From: Antedon mediterranea
Taxonomy: Eukaryota; Animalia; Echinodermata
Reading direction: 5' to 3'
DNA length: 64,000 nucleotides
Assembly (NCBI RefSeq): GCF_964355755.1
Contig: NC_092675.1
Location: forward strand, 31,034,912-31,098,911
Shown in pieces: positions 39,186 through 52,100 of this stretch. Position 1 is the stretch's first letter. Every line of letters begins with the position of its first letter. Made by a program: the position numbers and the translations under genes. The notes beneath the pieces are model-generated. The model was given only the letters and a program-made list of their open reading frames with translations. It had not been told where the DNA came from and searched no databases.

Positions 39186-40027
39186 GGAAAAATCAAGTTA
39201 ACTAATTTACTATAAACAGTATTAATGGAATTGGTATTTGTATGTTACTATTTTAATTATTATTTTTTAAAAATCTTGTGTTTCCAAGATGTTAGTGCCT
39301 GATGCACTGTTTTGAATTAATCTTTAATGCTCTGTAGTAAGGTATTAGTCTTTCAGTTGCTGGATACATCATTTTTTCAGTACAGTATAATATTGTAAGA
39401 AATACAATAAAATTACAAGCTAAGATGCTGACTTTTGTTTCATATTTAATTCTATTCTCATAAACGAAAACGTTATAGTAAGAACAGAACATACACATGT
39501 ATTATAGTGGGGGCTGTTAAGGCTCAAATAAGAATATTTGGTTCAAATTTTAGCAATAGCACCAAATTGGTTATACAGTATTTTGCAAAATTTTGAACCA
39601 AAATATCCATAACGAAACCCATTATTATATAGTATTTCCAATTACTTTTATAATGTACCAAATTAGGCAATCTCCTTCAGTGCGATCCTAGTCAAGTTAA
39701 GAAGCTAACCCAGTCAAGGAAGCCCTTTAATAGTCGGACCCAGCATACAGTATATTTGGATGCTAGAGAAGACTGCTTCTTGGATGCAACTGGCATCAGT
39801 GGGAGGAACAAAACTGTACTGTACTGTATGATCACGCAACACTATTGTGTGCGACTGTGATATTCCTTTTAGTTTTCTGATACTGGTTTTGTAGCGTTCC
39901 CAAATACTTTAACCACCGAGAAGATATAGCAAGATTTAGCCATCAATTGCATTTTCAGAGGAAAAGCATAAGATACAGTAGGTGTAATGTTCGACATGGA
40001 ACTACCATTATTAGACACTTATCAGCA

Positions 40028-40212
40028 TGAGTGGTGAGTGGCCAAGCGATTAAGACAGTGGTTCTGGTAGTAGAACGAGTCTTCTCGGATATAATGACTA
40101 TAAACTGTAGATCCAGTTTACACCTCTGGCTCATGTGCACTTTTCGAGACGATGTAGGGGGTAACCCTGGTTCACAAGTATACACACAGCCACTCATTAA
40201 GAAGGCCCCTTG
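40028..40212 (+). mobile_element. Deleted copy of the tRNA-derived SINE
   Basis: Matches 41096-41350 with internal deletions. Confidence 0.75.
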
Positions 40213-40746
40213 ATTGTCAGCATACGCTGTTTAGGGTCACCATTTATAAATAATCCAAATGGACAGCATCACTCAAAACTCAAATGTGTCTTGTAATGTA
40301 TACTATTTAATCACAGACTACTACATATCTATACATAATTTTCCATTAAACATCTTGAAGTAAATAATATTTTGTTGGTTTTAAAACTATACAACGAACA
40401 AACTTGTTGATAAATATTAATATGTAAACTTGTAAATAAATTTTAGCTAATGCTAAAAAACTATAATCATAGTTGTGAAAACAATATATTATGATGTTAT
40501 GGGCTGCCTCCATCGTACACACATGTTGTTTGTTGTACAAAGAATCGTGTAGACTGGCAAAATGATTTGACATTTGTGCTCTTATGATTTTCTTTCCTTC
40601 TATTACTATTCTTATATTTCATACCATAGAGTTATCAAATTGTGTGGCACACCAAATGCAAGAATATTGTATTCTTTAAACTTTTGGTTTTATCTCTTGT
40701 AACCCATCAAATGGCTATTTTTTCAATTTTATCTGTTGAAATTTCT

Positions 40747-40985
40747 ACAGAATCATAAGATTATGTGGCCAGAAAATCTTCTGAATTGACTAACGTTGTT
40801 CTAGTATTTTATCTCTTGCATTAACAGAATCATAAGATTGTGTGGCCAGCAAAATCGTCTGAATTGACTAACGTTGTTCTAGTATTTTATCCCTTCAATA
40901 ACAGAATCATAATATTGTGTGGCCAGCCAATCATCTGAATTGACTAACGTTGTTCTAGTATTTTATCTCTTGCAATAACAGAATC
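40747..40985. repeat. Three tandem copies (about 77 bp) of the TRAPPC5 stop-codon region
   Basis: acagaatcataagattgtgtggccag..ctgaattgactaacgttgttctagtattttatctcttgcaata repeated three times. Confidence 0.9.
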
Positions 40986-43900
40986 TTCAAACTTGATCAT
41001 GAATGTGGTTCCTTTATGCCAATGTGCTGTCACCTTGCATGGCTTTAAAAAATAAACAAATTACATTAAATTTTTATTTTAAGCTATTTAATGTGAGTGA
41101 GTGGGTGGCCGAGCGGTTAAGACAGTGGAACCGTAATTACGTAGCCATTACATCGGCAGGGGTTCGATGCTCACTCACTCCATGGTTCTGGTGGTAGAAC
41201 GAGTCTTCTCGGATAAGGACTATAAACCGTAGGTCCAGTGTACACATCTAGCTCGTGTGCACTTTAAAGAACCTAGTACATCTTTCGAGACGAGTAGGGG
41301 GTTACCCCGGTGTATTAGTACATCACAGCCACTGATCACCAACTGGGCCCTCTGGGAGACCAGTCTTTGACTGAAGAGGTTACCCAGTATAAATATAAAT
41401 TTCAATTTCAATTAATGAAATAAGCTCTGTCTACACTATCAAACTTTATGTGACAAAAAAATGTGACCCATATATGGACATGATGATGTCATATTACAAC
41501 CATATTTGAGCACATAACACTTTTTTGTCACTAGTTTGATAGTGTAAACAGAGCTTTACTTTTTTGTCACTAGTTTGATAGTGTAAACAGAGCTTTACTT
41601 TTTTGTCACTAGTTTGATAGTGTAAACAGAGCTTTACTTTTTTGTCACTAGTTTGATAGTGTAAACAGAGCTTTACTTTTTTGTCACTAGTTTGATAGTG
41701 TAGACAGAGCTTTACTTTTTTGTCACTAGTTTGATAGTGTAGACAGAGCTTTACTTTTTTGTCACTAGTTTGATAGTGTAGACAGAGCTTTACTTTTTTG
41801 TCACTAGTTTGATAGTGTAGACAGAGCTTTACTTTTTTGTCACTAGTTTGATAGTGTGGACAGAGCTTTACACTGTAGGGTATCCAAGTAAATAGTAACA
41901 TGATGAACAACCCTCATAAAATATTGTTGAAATAAAATAAATACAAAATAAATAAATAATTTAATAGAAAAATAACATTTTAGTTTAACCATCCACAGAT
42001 GATGAAACAATGTAACTAAATTAATCTCTAATTTTGTCTTGTAAGGTAACACAATTTCAATACTGAAATTGATTCAATATATACAGTAGTATGAACAAGA
42101 TTTCTGTTGTTCTATTATACAAAGCTAGGTTAAATACTTCCTGAGATAATTACACGCTTCATTTAAGTTAGTCACGAAATATTGAAATGGAATTTGGGAC
42201 AAGTCATAGGGGACAACAATTCACGTCAGCATTCCCCTTCATCATTGTAAAAACACCTTGAACACAGTTCACAAAATATATGAATCAGACAAATAAGATT
42301 TAAAGAGGAACACCCACAGAATGCTATTTATTTAATACGATTATAATTAATAGTTCAGTAGGGTTCATAAGTTGTACCATTGGACAACAGTACATTGACT
42401 TAATATAACATTTCCAATTAGCATTCTTTCTAAAGCTCTGTCTACGCAACTAGTTTGTGATGTTCCCAAATATGGTAGTGATGCCTAAATATGATAGTGA
42501 TATGACATCATGTCCATATCTGGACACATCACATTTTGTTGTCACATAAAATGTGATGTGTAGACAGAGCTTTAGTATTTTGTCTTCTTAGTAATACTCA
42601 ATGTTACATTTGATTATTACGTTTCTGAAACTTGTCCAAAATGAATTGTTTTATGCTTGGAAACAAAGCAGTAGCCTTATTCCACATCCTCCCAAATGAC
42701 CAATGAGAAATGATCAGAATCAGTAACATTGTACAAGCAGTGCCAACGTAGCAGTCGCATTACTACCGTCACCAGGGAATGTGAAGTACATCAAAACAAT
42801 CCGTTTTACATCGATTCATTACCAAGCAAAAACAACAATGATAGATTTCATTACCCTCACATGTTCTTTGTTTAAATAAAATCTAACGTGAGCAATCTGA
42901 AAATGCTGTATAAACACAGTTTAAAGTCTCAAATGGTTACATGTGGTATGGTAGTGTCACACATACATGTCACAGCTGTATTTAGCTCTGCCCACATAAT
43001 TTTCACCTAATGCTTCCAAAACCCCATAACAAGAAAAATATGAATATTAGATGGAAACCATCTCAAGAGAGGAAACAGGCCAGGTGCTTAGGAATGAATA
43101 CTGAATTGTAAGATAAACATTGTGTTTGTACCAATAGAAGTTGACTGTCTTAATTGCTTAGACTGGTGCTTCACAGGTCAACAGGTAAGATACCACGTAC
43201 CACTATCTCTACTTTATAAATCTTTTTAGTCGCATGCAAACGCAACTATACAGCTCACTATGTCGGAAAACACTAACTCAAATTTCAGCACGCGACTGCA
43301 GCCTTGTATGTGACCTTGTTTAAATACATTTCAATTAATTTTGGGATAAATTCTCAAGCTTTTGCAATTCAGCCAGTACATTTTTCAATTAAAATAAATA
43401 CTTGTATACTTACAAAGTTTGATCCAGATAGTATTGCTTCTACTATTCCAGCAGTAAAAGAAGCACAATTTAGACTTCCTAAAAACAAAAAAAAACCTGC
43501 TGAAACACCTTTTTTTCTTATATGAAATTGAGACATAAAATATTTCTTCAAAGTATTTCATATCTAAATTCATATAGAATAGAATAGACTACAAAATAGA
43601 ATGCACTCTATAATGTACTGCAAAGTGTGGAGATGATTAAGTAAAACATTCTTGATCACTTAAGCGTGGTACCCAATGTAGCGTGGTACCCAATGTAGCG
43701 TGGTACCCAATGTAGCGTGGTACCCAATGTAGCGTGGTACCCAATGTAGCGTGGTACCTAATGTAGCGAAGTAACGTATCGATGCAAAGCATGGTGTTGC
43801 GTATTTACAAGTGGGATCCGACGATGCAACAGTGCTGCAAACATCGCTATGAGAAATCAAATCAGTTTGATTTCACGCCACAATGCAATGCATGAATGCT

Positions 43901-46900
43901 TGAAAACATACAACTAACAAATGCGCAACTAAGAAGGTTTGATTTCACGCAGAGGCAAACACAATTATTGGAAGGGCATTTTTAAGGTGGCGTTACATCG
44001 CTAGTGGGAAGCAAGCTTAACCGCTTTACAAAAGGGAAGAAGTTGAAGTTACTATTACTATCATTCAATTATAAAATGACATGCCTTTATCTTTTGGAAC
44101 AGATATAAATCTATTTACAAGGGATTCTTTTTCAATGATGTAATCTGAAGTTTATAGTCAAGAAAAACAAATATACAAAACCATTACAGTATAGCATTTT
44201 CGGACTTATATATGTACACCACCAAATAATTTTGTTTCTGCTAAACAATGCTTCAAGGGTGCTTGTCATAAAGTGAGGGAATCCTTTTTTTATAATTTAC
44301 TATTTGAAAATACTAAGAATTACTTAGTATAAAGTACAATTATGTCAGAGTAACGGCAAACATCTAAATAACAATATTTATGTTGTATAAAGTATTTTTA
44401 ATAAATAAAAAGATACAAGTTCTTTCGTCATCATTTGCATGTTCTAGTTTATCTGCTTCTTTGCCAAATAAAGTCTGAAATTTAAAAAGACATTTTATTC
44501 ATTATTCATAAAATATAAGTACAGTACATGCAGCAGAAGGAAATGAGGGAAATCACATGCAAACTTATGGCCACATCATAAGATTAGTTAGTTAAATTAT
44601 CTAGCCACATCATAAGATTAGTTAGTTAAATTATCTAGCCACATCATAAGATTAGTTAGTTAAATTATCTAGCCACATCATAAGATTAGTTAGTTAAATT
44701 ATCTAGCCACATCATAAGATTAGTTAGTTAAATTATCTAGCCACATCATAAGATTAGTTAGTTAAATTATCTAGCCACATCATAAGATTAGTTAGTTAAA
44801 TTATCTAGCCACATCATAAGATTAGTTAGTTAAATTATCTAGCCACATCATAAGATTAGTTAGTTAAATTATCTAGCCACATCATAAGATTAGTTAGTTA
44901 AATTATCTAGCCACATCATAAGATTAGTTAGTTAAATTATCTAGCCACATCATAAGATTAGTTAGTTAAATTATCTAGCCACATCATAAGATTAGTTAGT
45001 TAAATTATCTAGCCACATCATAAGATTAGTTAGTTAAATTATCTAGCCACATCATAAGATTAGTTAGTTAAATTATCTAGCCACATCATAAGATTAGTTA
45101 GTTAAATTATCTAGCCACATCATAAGATTAGTTAGTTAAATTATCTAGCCACATCATAAGATAGTTAGTTAAATTATCTAGCCACATCATAAGATTAGTT
45201 AGTTAAATTATCTAGCCACATCATAAGATTAGTTAGTTAAATTATCTAGCCACATCATAAGATAGTTAGTTAAATTATCTAGCCACATCATAAGATTAGT
45301 TAGTTAAATTATCTAGCCACATCATAAGATTAGTTAGTTAAATTATCTAGCCACATCATAAGATTAGTTAGTTAAATTATCTAGCCACATCATAAGATTA
45401 GTTAGTTAAATTATCTAGCCACATCATAAGATTAGTTAGTTAAATTATCTAGCCACATCATAAGATTAGTTAGTTAAATTATCTAGCCACATCATAAGAT
45501 TAGTTAGTTAAATTATCTAGCCACATCATAAGATTAGTTAGTTAAATTATCTAGCCACATCATAAGATTAGTTAGTTAAATTATCTAGCCATGGTCCGAT
45601 ATGAATGTATATAAATCGAACGATTGATTGATTGATTGAATGTTAGGATTCAAAAACTTCTTTATTCATCATGTAGATTGCAAATAAATATAAATTTATA
45701 CATTATAGCCCCTGTATCAGGGGGATTACCACCTATCTGATAGGACAGTGATTAATTTACTATTGGTAATCCTTGGCCACATTACCTTTATTTATTTACT
45801 TATTACTTATTACTGTAGTATATGAACATGGAGGAGGTGAAACATTAAAAAAAATATAAATCATAATTGTAAAATAAAAACCGTACTAACCTTCCATACA
45901 TTTGATTTAATAAAAAGTAGAATGTTTAAAAGTTTGATTTCACGTTTGAGATTCCTTTCCCTAATAAACAACAATTCTAAAATGCGAACTCCAACATGCT
46001 GACCAAGTTCCGATAGCCTTAAAACAAAATCAAAACAAACATTTCTAAATTTACATGTCAATGTACTATGCTATAAATAGATGAAGAAATATAATATCTT
46101 ATACCAATATAAAAGAAAGCTACAATCATTACAAAACTTGACCATATTATTAATATAGAAATATCATATTCTGTTTGTCGGGGATGGTTGAATATAACAT
46201 GCTTACTCCCTCTGACTTGAGTGAAACTTGTAATGTAGTAGTAGCCAGCTAGTATACTGTAAGTATTCATACATAGTTTTGCCAAGTTTCAATAAGGTTT
46301 ATCGCAAATAGCTTGAAATCGCAAGGAATGTCATTTTACAATGCATGATGGGAAGGGTTTGGGAGCAACGTCACAACGCGTAAGTACAAACAACTAATCA
46401 CGTACGTACGTACGCGTTGTGACGTTTGCTTCCAAACCCTTCCCATCATGCGTCTCGCACGCTATATTTGCGATAAACCTTATTAAATACCGGTAATGTC
46501 GACATGGATAGAGCTTAAATATACAAATACATTATATTATGAATTATTGAACTTACTTGTTCTGTAATTCAGGAACAGAGCCAACACGATTTTGACAGTA
46601 TTGTATCATCTCAGAAAACAGTAATGCAAATGAATTTATATTTATCTTGTTGAATAAAACAGAAACAAAATGTTCTTTTAAAGCCATATAACAAAATTGT
46701 AATGTAATGATAAAAAAACATTTGCGAAAGATAAATCATCAGATGATACAAAATACACACAATCAATGCAAACTCTCTCTTCTTACTTACTTACAAATCA
46801 AGGCTTAGGCCTATATGTAGTAGTACACACCACAACAAATCATGAAGGCAACGCCGTGGCCATGCCCTTCCAGCAGGCGGCATTACTGTCACCTAGCCAG

Positions 46901-47092
46901 ACTAGCAAGCCCTCTACTCTACCTAGCTAGCTGCTAGGCTAGCCCTTCCTTGCTATCCTCTGTTGTTGGCAGGCCTAGCTAGTTGGCTGTTTTCGTTATG
47001 TAATCAATAACAAATACACTATATCTCACCTCTGCTTTACCCTTACTTAAAGGCCGTTCTACTGCACTTGGTTTATGTTTTCTATCTGTCAT
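40944..47092 (-). CDS. TRAPPC5: Trafficking protein particle complex subunit 5
   Basis: Exons 47030-47092 (MTDRKHKPSAVERPLSKGKAE), 46557-46645 (FALLFSEMIQYCQNRV), 45891-46017 (LSELGQHVGVRILE..KREIKLLNILLFIK), 44417-44474 (LFGKEADKLEHANDDERT), 44085-44144 (YYIIEKESLVNRFISVPKDK), 43414-43478 (GSLNCASFTAGIVEA), 40944-41042 (PCKVTAHWHKGTTFMIKFEDSVIARDK..*). Confidence 0.96.
41096..41410 (+). mobile_element. tRNA-derived SINE with Deu/Nin-like central domain
   Basis: A-box tggccgagcggttaag, B-box ggttcgatgc, core cggataaggactataaaccgtaggtcc..taaagaacc..gagtagggggttaccccggtgt, short-repeat tail; three copies in the window. Confidence 0.8.
41521..41870. repeat. 39-bp tandem repeat (9 copies) derived from the terminus of an agctctgtctacac MITE
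   Basis: The unit contains the MITE right TIR gtttgatagtgtagacagagct. Confidence 0.93.
43662..44020. mobile_element. Harbinger-like MITE whose left end is amplified as a 17-bp tandem (agcgtggtacccaatgt, about 6 copies)
   Basis: Left unit resembles TIR agcgtggttcccact; right end ctagtgggaagcaagct. Confidence 0.7.
44571..45591. repeat. Highly homogeneous minisatellite, 34-bp unit, about 30 copies, in a TRAPPC5 intron
   Basis: Unit ccacatcataagattagttagttaaattatctag. Confidence 0.97.
46291..46484. mobile_element. Hairpin MITE
   Basis: aataaggtttatcgcaaata..tatttgcgataaaccttatt plus inner inverted arms gcatgatgggaagggtttgg / ccaaacccttcccatcatgc. Confidence 0.7.
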
Positions 47093-49194
47093 TTTAGCTG
47101 AAAACACTTCTCACAACAACATCAAAAAAGGATTTCAATTTCATTCATGTCAAAGGTCAATATGGTATTTAATATTCATAGGAGGATGTGATACACATCT
47201 ACATATTAAATTCATTTAGCTGTCAATATCTAATTCATAAAACATTTTTTATGGGCCTAGCCTATAACAGGGGGTGGATCCAGGATCCTTTTAATAGTGG
47301 CCAGATACTAAAGATATTTGAGCCACAGACTACAGACATTGAATAGGCCCTAGTTTAAAAATAAAAAATAATTTACAGACTAACTGAAATAATTATCCCC
47401 TATTATAATAATAGTTTCTCCCAAAACTTTTTCTTTGTGTCTTTTCGATGATCGCGCGAGGAGGAGCATGCTGCAAAGTACCAAAGATCCTATCTTTGAA
47501 AGTACCTGTGTGTTGACATTGTTTTGTGGGGTACAGTCGGGTATGACTGGGGGCTCGACAGAGAGCAGCAGGGGGGTGAGGTGGCAATCATTCGACGTGT
47601 GAGAAGTAGGCATGGCTTCCTATGATAATAATGTGTGTGTGTCCTGGACGTAAATACATCGGGCTTTGACTCTGAGGTATTGAGGTAGGCCTTAATTGTT
47701 TTGTATTTAAAAGTACGGTAAGATGTGTCTTTCAACTTCAAAACTGGTATTGTGCACATATAAATTTTCAAATCAAAAGACACAGATCATACCTAGCCTA
47801 AACTGTTTCTAAACTCTAGGCCTAGGCCTACTAGTACTAGACCTAGGCTAGGCCCTAGCCTCTGTTTGTATTTCTATTTTCGTTGATCTAGGCTATGTAG
47901 GTTTATCATGTTGATAAGCCTAGCCCCAGATGGTTTGATAGTTCTATAAAGCTGAACAAATTCGTCTAGGCTAGGCCTAGGCCTAGTGGAAACTCAGCTT
48001 TATTTAGGAATTCGAGGGAGATGATTAAGTTAGGCGTTTTGGTACTTTTAACGTTTTCACTCATCAATTTATTAGTAATAAAATAATTATCTACTTCAGT
48101 TTGATAACATTTTATTGTCTGTGCCACTAATCGTCAATTTTATGACAACACTGTTAAATGATTTTATACGGGGTGTGTCGAAAGCGAAGACCTCGAAAGC
48201 GAAGATCGAAGACCGAAGACCTCGAAAGCGAAGACCCTACGAAATGGTAGTGTGCACAAAATCCGACCAAAATCATACAAAATCGTGATAACACTTTGAA
48301 TTTACAGATCCTGAAAAAATATTTCAATTTTAATCGTTATATTAAAAAAAATCATGACTTTATCTATGAACAAGCTCACGTGTTTTCACCAATGGAGTTA
48401 ATATGTGATATAGTTTTACGAACAAACACATCGCGCTATTTGCAAGGCGACGGACGCACAAGAAGGACCTCGCACATGAAATGTCACTTGTTCCGATAAC
48501 AATTTAAAATCATAGCCAATTGTTTATAAGTATAGAAATAAACTACAGTAATTAAATTGTAAGAAGTAAAGGATGGCGGTAGGCCGGGTATTTAGGTTTA
48601 TTTTAGAGCCTATAGGCCTATAAAAAGTGTCCGTATCATAGATTTTACACTTGCTTTTAAATGTTAGGTACAGAGATCTTTTTTGCATTTAAATATGTTG
48701 CTATGTGTTTTTTATCTATAATATTTGCCTATTGTTTATTATCTAAATGTAGGAATAAATACAATAAGATATTCATTTTCCTGTATTGTATTTAAACTTT
48801 TACATTTTCCCATTGTAACTATTGCTATTTTACTTAATCGCCAGTTTCAAAATGTTTTCTAATGTATTCATAATAGACAAATAATAGGGCCTATATCAGT
48901 ATCAGAATATTTAGTGTGGTTGGAGAAGCGACAGATGATGTAAAGAAAAATGTAAATTTTTTTTTGGTTAATGAAATATTTATTTTCCTTTTAAGGAAAA
49001 TAAATATTTCATTAACCAACGTATGAACCACTAAACCAAAACAATTCTGCCGCAACGTATCGTTGGCGCGCGCAACAGAAAATCTATCCATCTATCTTCT
49101 ATCTATTTTGCATCCCCTCTTACGATCGAGAATCATGATGAACGTAATAAAGCAGAAATAGTGTTGAACACATCGGTTTCCACGCAACGTTATT

Positions 49195-52100
49195 TAGACA
49201 AGTTCTATTTCCTCTGAAATATGATGTAAGAAGCATTTTTGGGTAGAAGCTGGGATCCACTTGATTTAGGATATTTCGACCTCGCTGATTACGAATATGG
49301 CGGATCCCAAGCGAAATTCGGCCATCTAAGCCCTTAATTTGCATAATTAAAAATGGCGGCCATTTTTTATAATTACCCTATATCTCGAGAACCACTAGTC
49401 ACAGATAATTAATTTTGGTGTCAAAATGTTTTAAATATATGTTTTTATATTCACTTTAATGACACATTTTCTCAAAAAATTGATGCAAGTCGTATTTCTG
49501 ACATTTTGACCTTTGACCTTGATTTATCGTATCTCAGTAACCAATAATCGGAGAGACACGAAATAGGGCTCAAATTGTTCAGAAACTATACATTCTTATT
49601 TATTATAATGAAATGTTTTTACAAAAAATGGCCGATTCTACAACTATTGACCTTTGAACTATTAGTCAAATATAATAATATAATAATAATATAACTTTGA
49701 AAATTGTGGTCTTATGAATTTTTTTTTCTTTTTAAATTGTTTAAAACATGTGTGTTTCTATACAGTCTAATGGCACATTTTGTACAAGAATGGCCGATAG
49801 TATGGTTATTGACCTTTAAACTACAGCATAGGCCTACTGTATACTGAATATAATATAATATAATTGCATAACTATGAAATTATTTATACTCAATAATAAT
49901 TAGTAAAATTATAAAATTCACTGCCATCAAATATGATGTGTTATGATTTATATAGATTTAAAAAAAAATTGAACACGCAAGTTACATTTGTTGAAATTTA
50001 AAATTACCTGCCATCAATATGATGGAGTATGATTATAGATTTTTTTAAATGTGAACATGTCAGCTACATTTGGAAATTACCTGCCATCAATATGATGGAT
50101 TATGATTATAGATTTAAAAAAGAATTTGAACACATAAGCTACATTAGAAAATTACCTGCCATCAATATGATGGATTATGATTATAGATTTAAAAAAGGAT
50201 TTGAACACGTCAGCTACATTTGGAAATTACCTGCCATCAATATGATGGATTATGATTGTATAGTACCAGCCATCAATATGATGGATTATGATTATAGAAT
50301 TAAAAAAGAATTTGAACACGTCAGCCACATTTGGAAATTTGGAAATTACCTGCCATCAATATGATGGATTATAATTGTATAGGTTTGAAAGAATAGTGAA
50401 CACGTAAGCTACATTGGGAATGAACATGTTAAGGGCATCAGTTTTGATCATTCATGCAAAGGTTTCCGTCATCTTTAGCGTTGTTACAGTAGCATATTAA
50501 AGCTGTACATGGTAGTTTTGACTTTTTGCACCTACATCTATATGGTTATGCATCGTGTCTTGCATCCACAATAAATCATCTCTAACGAAGCAGTAGGAAT
50601 AGCTTCATTTTTCAGAAGCACTGGTTGAAGTTTACCATTAGATAGCTCCCAACCAAAATATGTTGGTGATGGCAAATGCTGGATTGGCGATACAGCTTTT
50701 TTCAATACGAGTGCTTGGAAGTGTGCTCTTTTTATATGATGCTGGTGCACTGCATCGCTTGTTGGAGGTAATTTTTTTTTTTTAAACATGGCATGCCTAA
50801 CTTAAAACTGTCGATAAAGGACACCACCAGACAAAGATGAACCAAAACACAGAGACCAATTCGTCGAATTATAGAAAGTGGTGAAATACCGCTGCCAAAT
50901 TGCTGGTCAAACTTGTTGGCATTACAAGATAATAATGCAGATCTGACACGATTTCTATCAGAGGAGTTGATTCGTCAAGCTCCTATAGACAAAGAAATTG
51001 TCACAGCTGGTGGATTTATGAAAGAATCAGTTGTTAAATCATCAAAATTGTACACGAATACGTTGTTTCTGGTCAGACCATGAAGAATCGGACACGAGAC
51101 TTGTCATGCTGCCAATGTCCGATACGACACAGTTGTAGTTGCTTCTAGGGATACAGACGTACTAGTGATTCTAGTGTCTCACTACCAAAGCATGGTATCC
51201 AAATGGATGATGACAGGGACATCCAAAAAAAGAAAGTATCTATAAAAGACATTTTTCAAGCCTTGCCCGAGGGTTCTGCAAAAGCACTGATTCCATTCCA
51301 CACTATTAGTGGATGCGATACTACCTCATATCCAGGGAAGAGTTAAATTATATTAATACATACATACAGTAATTTAACTCTTCACTGCTCATATCTAAGT
51401 GGTCACTCAAAGGCATCGGCATGGGAAGTATTAAAAAAAGGTATGAACTAATTAAAGACCTGGGAGAAAACCTATCAGTGACCAAGTTATTATGAAATCG
51501 GAAAGATTCATTTGCTACGTTTACGGTGTTGGTCAAGTTAAAAGTACCAATAAAGTTAGGCTTTAAAAAAAAAAGGCATTACCTCCAACAAGCGATGCAG
51601 TGCACCAACATATAAAAAGAGCACACTTCCAAGCACTCGTATGGAAAAAAGCTGTATCGCCAATCCAGCATTTGCCATCACCAACATATTTTGGTTGGGA
51701 GCTATCTAATGGTAAACTTCAACCAGTGCTTCTGAAAAATGAAGCTATTCCTACTGCTTCGTTAGAGATGATTTATTGTGGATGCAAGACACGATACATA
51801 ACCTGCCAATAGATGTAGGTGCAAGAAGTCAAAACTACCATGTACAGCTTTATGCCGCTGTAACAACGCTAAAGATGACGGAAACCTTTGCATGAATGAT
51901 CTTAACTGATGCCCTTAACATGTTCATTCCAAATGTAGCTTACGTACGTGTTCACATTTTCTTTTAAATCTATACAATCATAATCCATCATATTGATGGC
52001 AAGTAATTTTCAAATGTAGCTTACGTGTTCAAATTCTTTTTTAAATCTATAATCATAATCCATCATATTGATGGCAGGTACTATACAATCATAATCCATC

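Noticed and set aside
41494-41910. 138-aa ORF with LCLHYQTSDKKVK repeats
   Set aside because: Translation of a 39-bp tandem repeat derived from a MITE end within a TRAPPC5 intron.
50029-50364. Repetitive ORF (KLPAINMMDYDY)
   Set aside because: Product of Academ subterminal tandem repeats.
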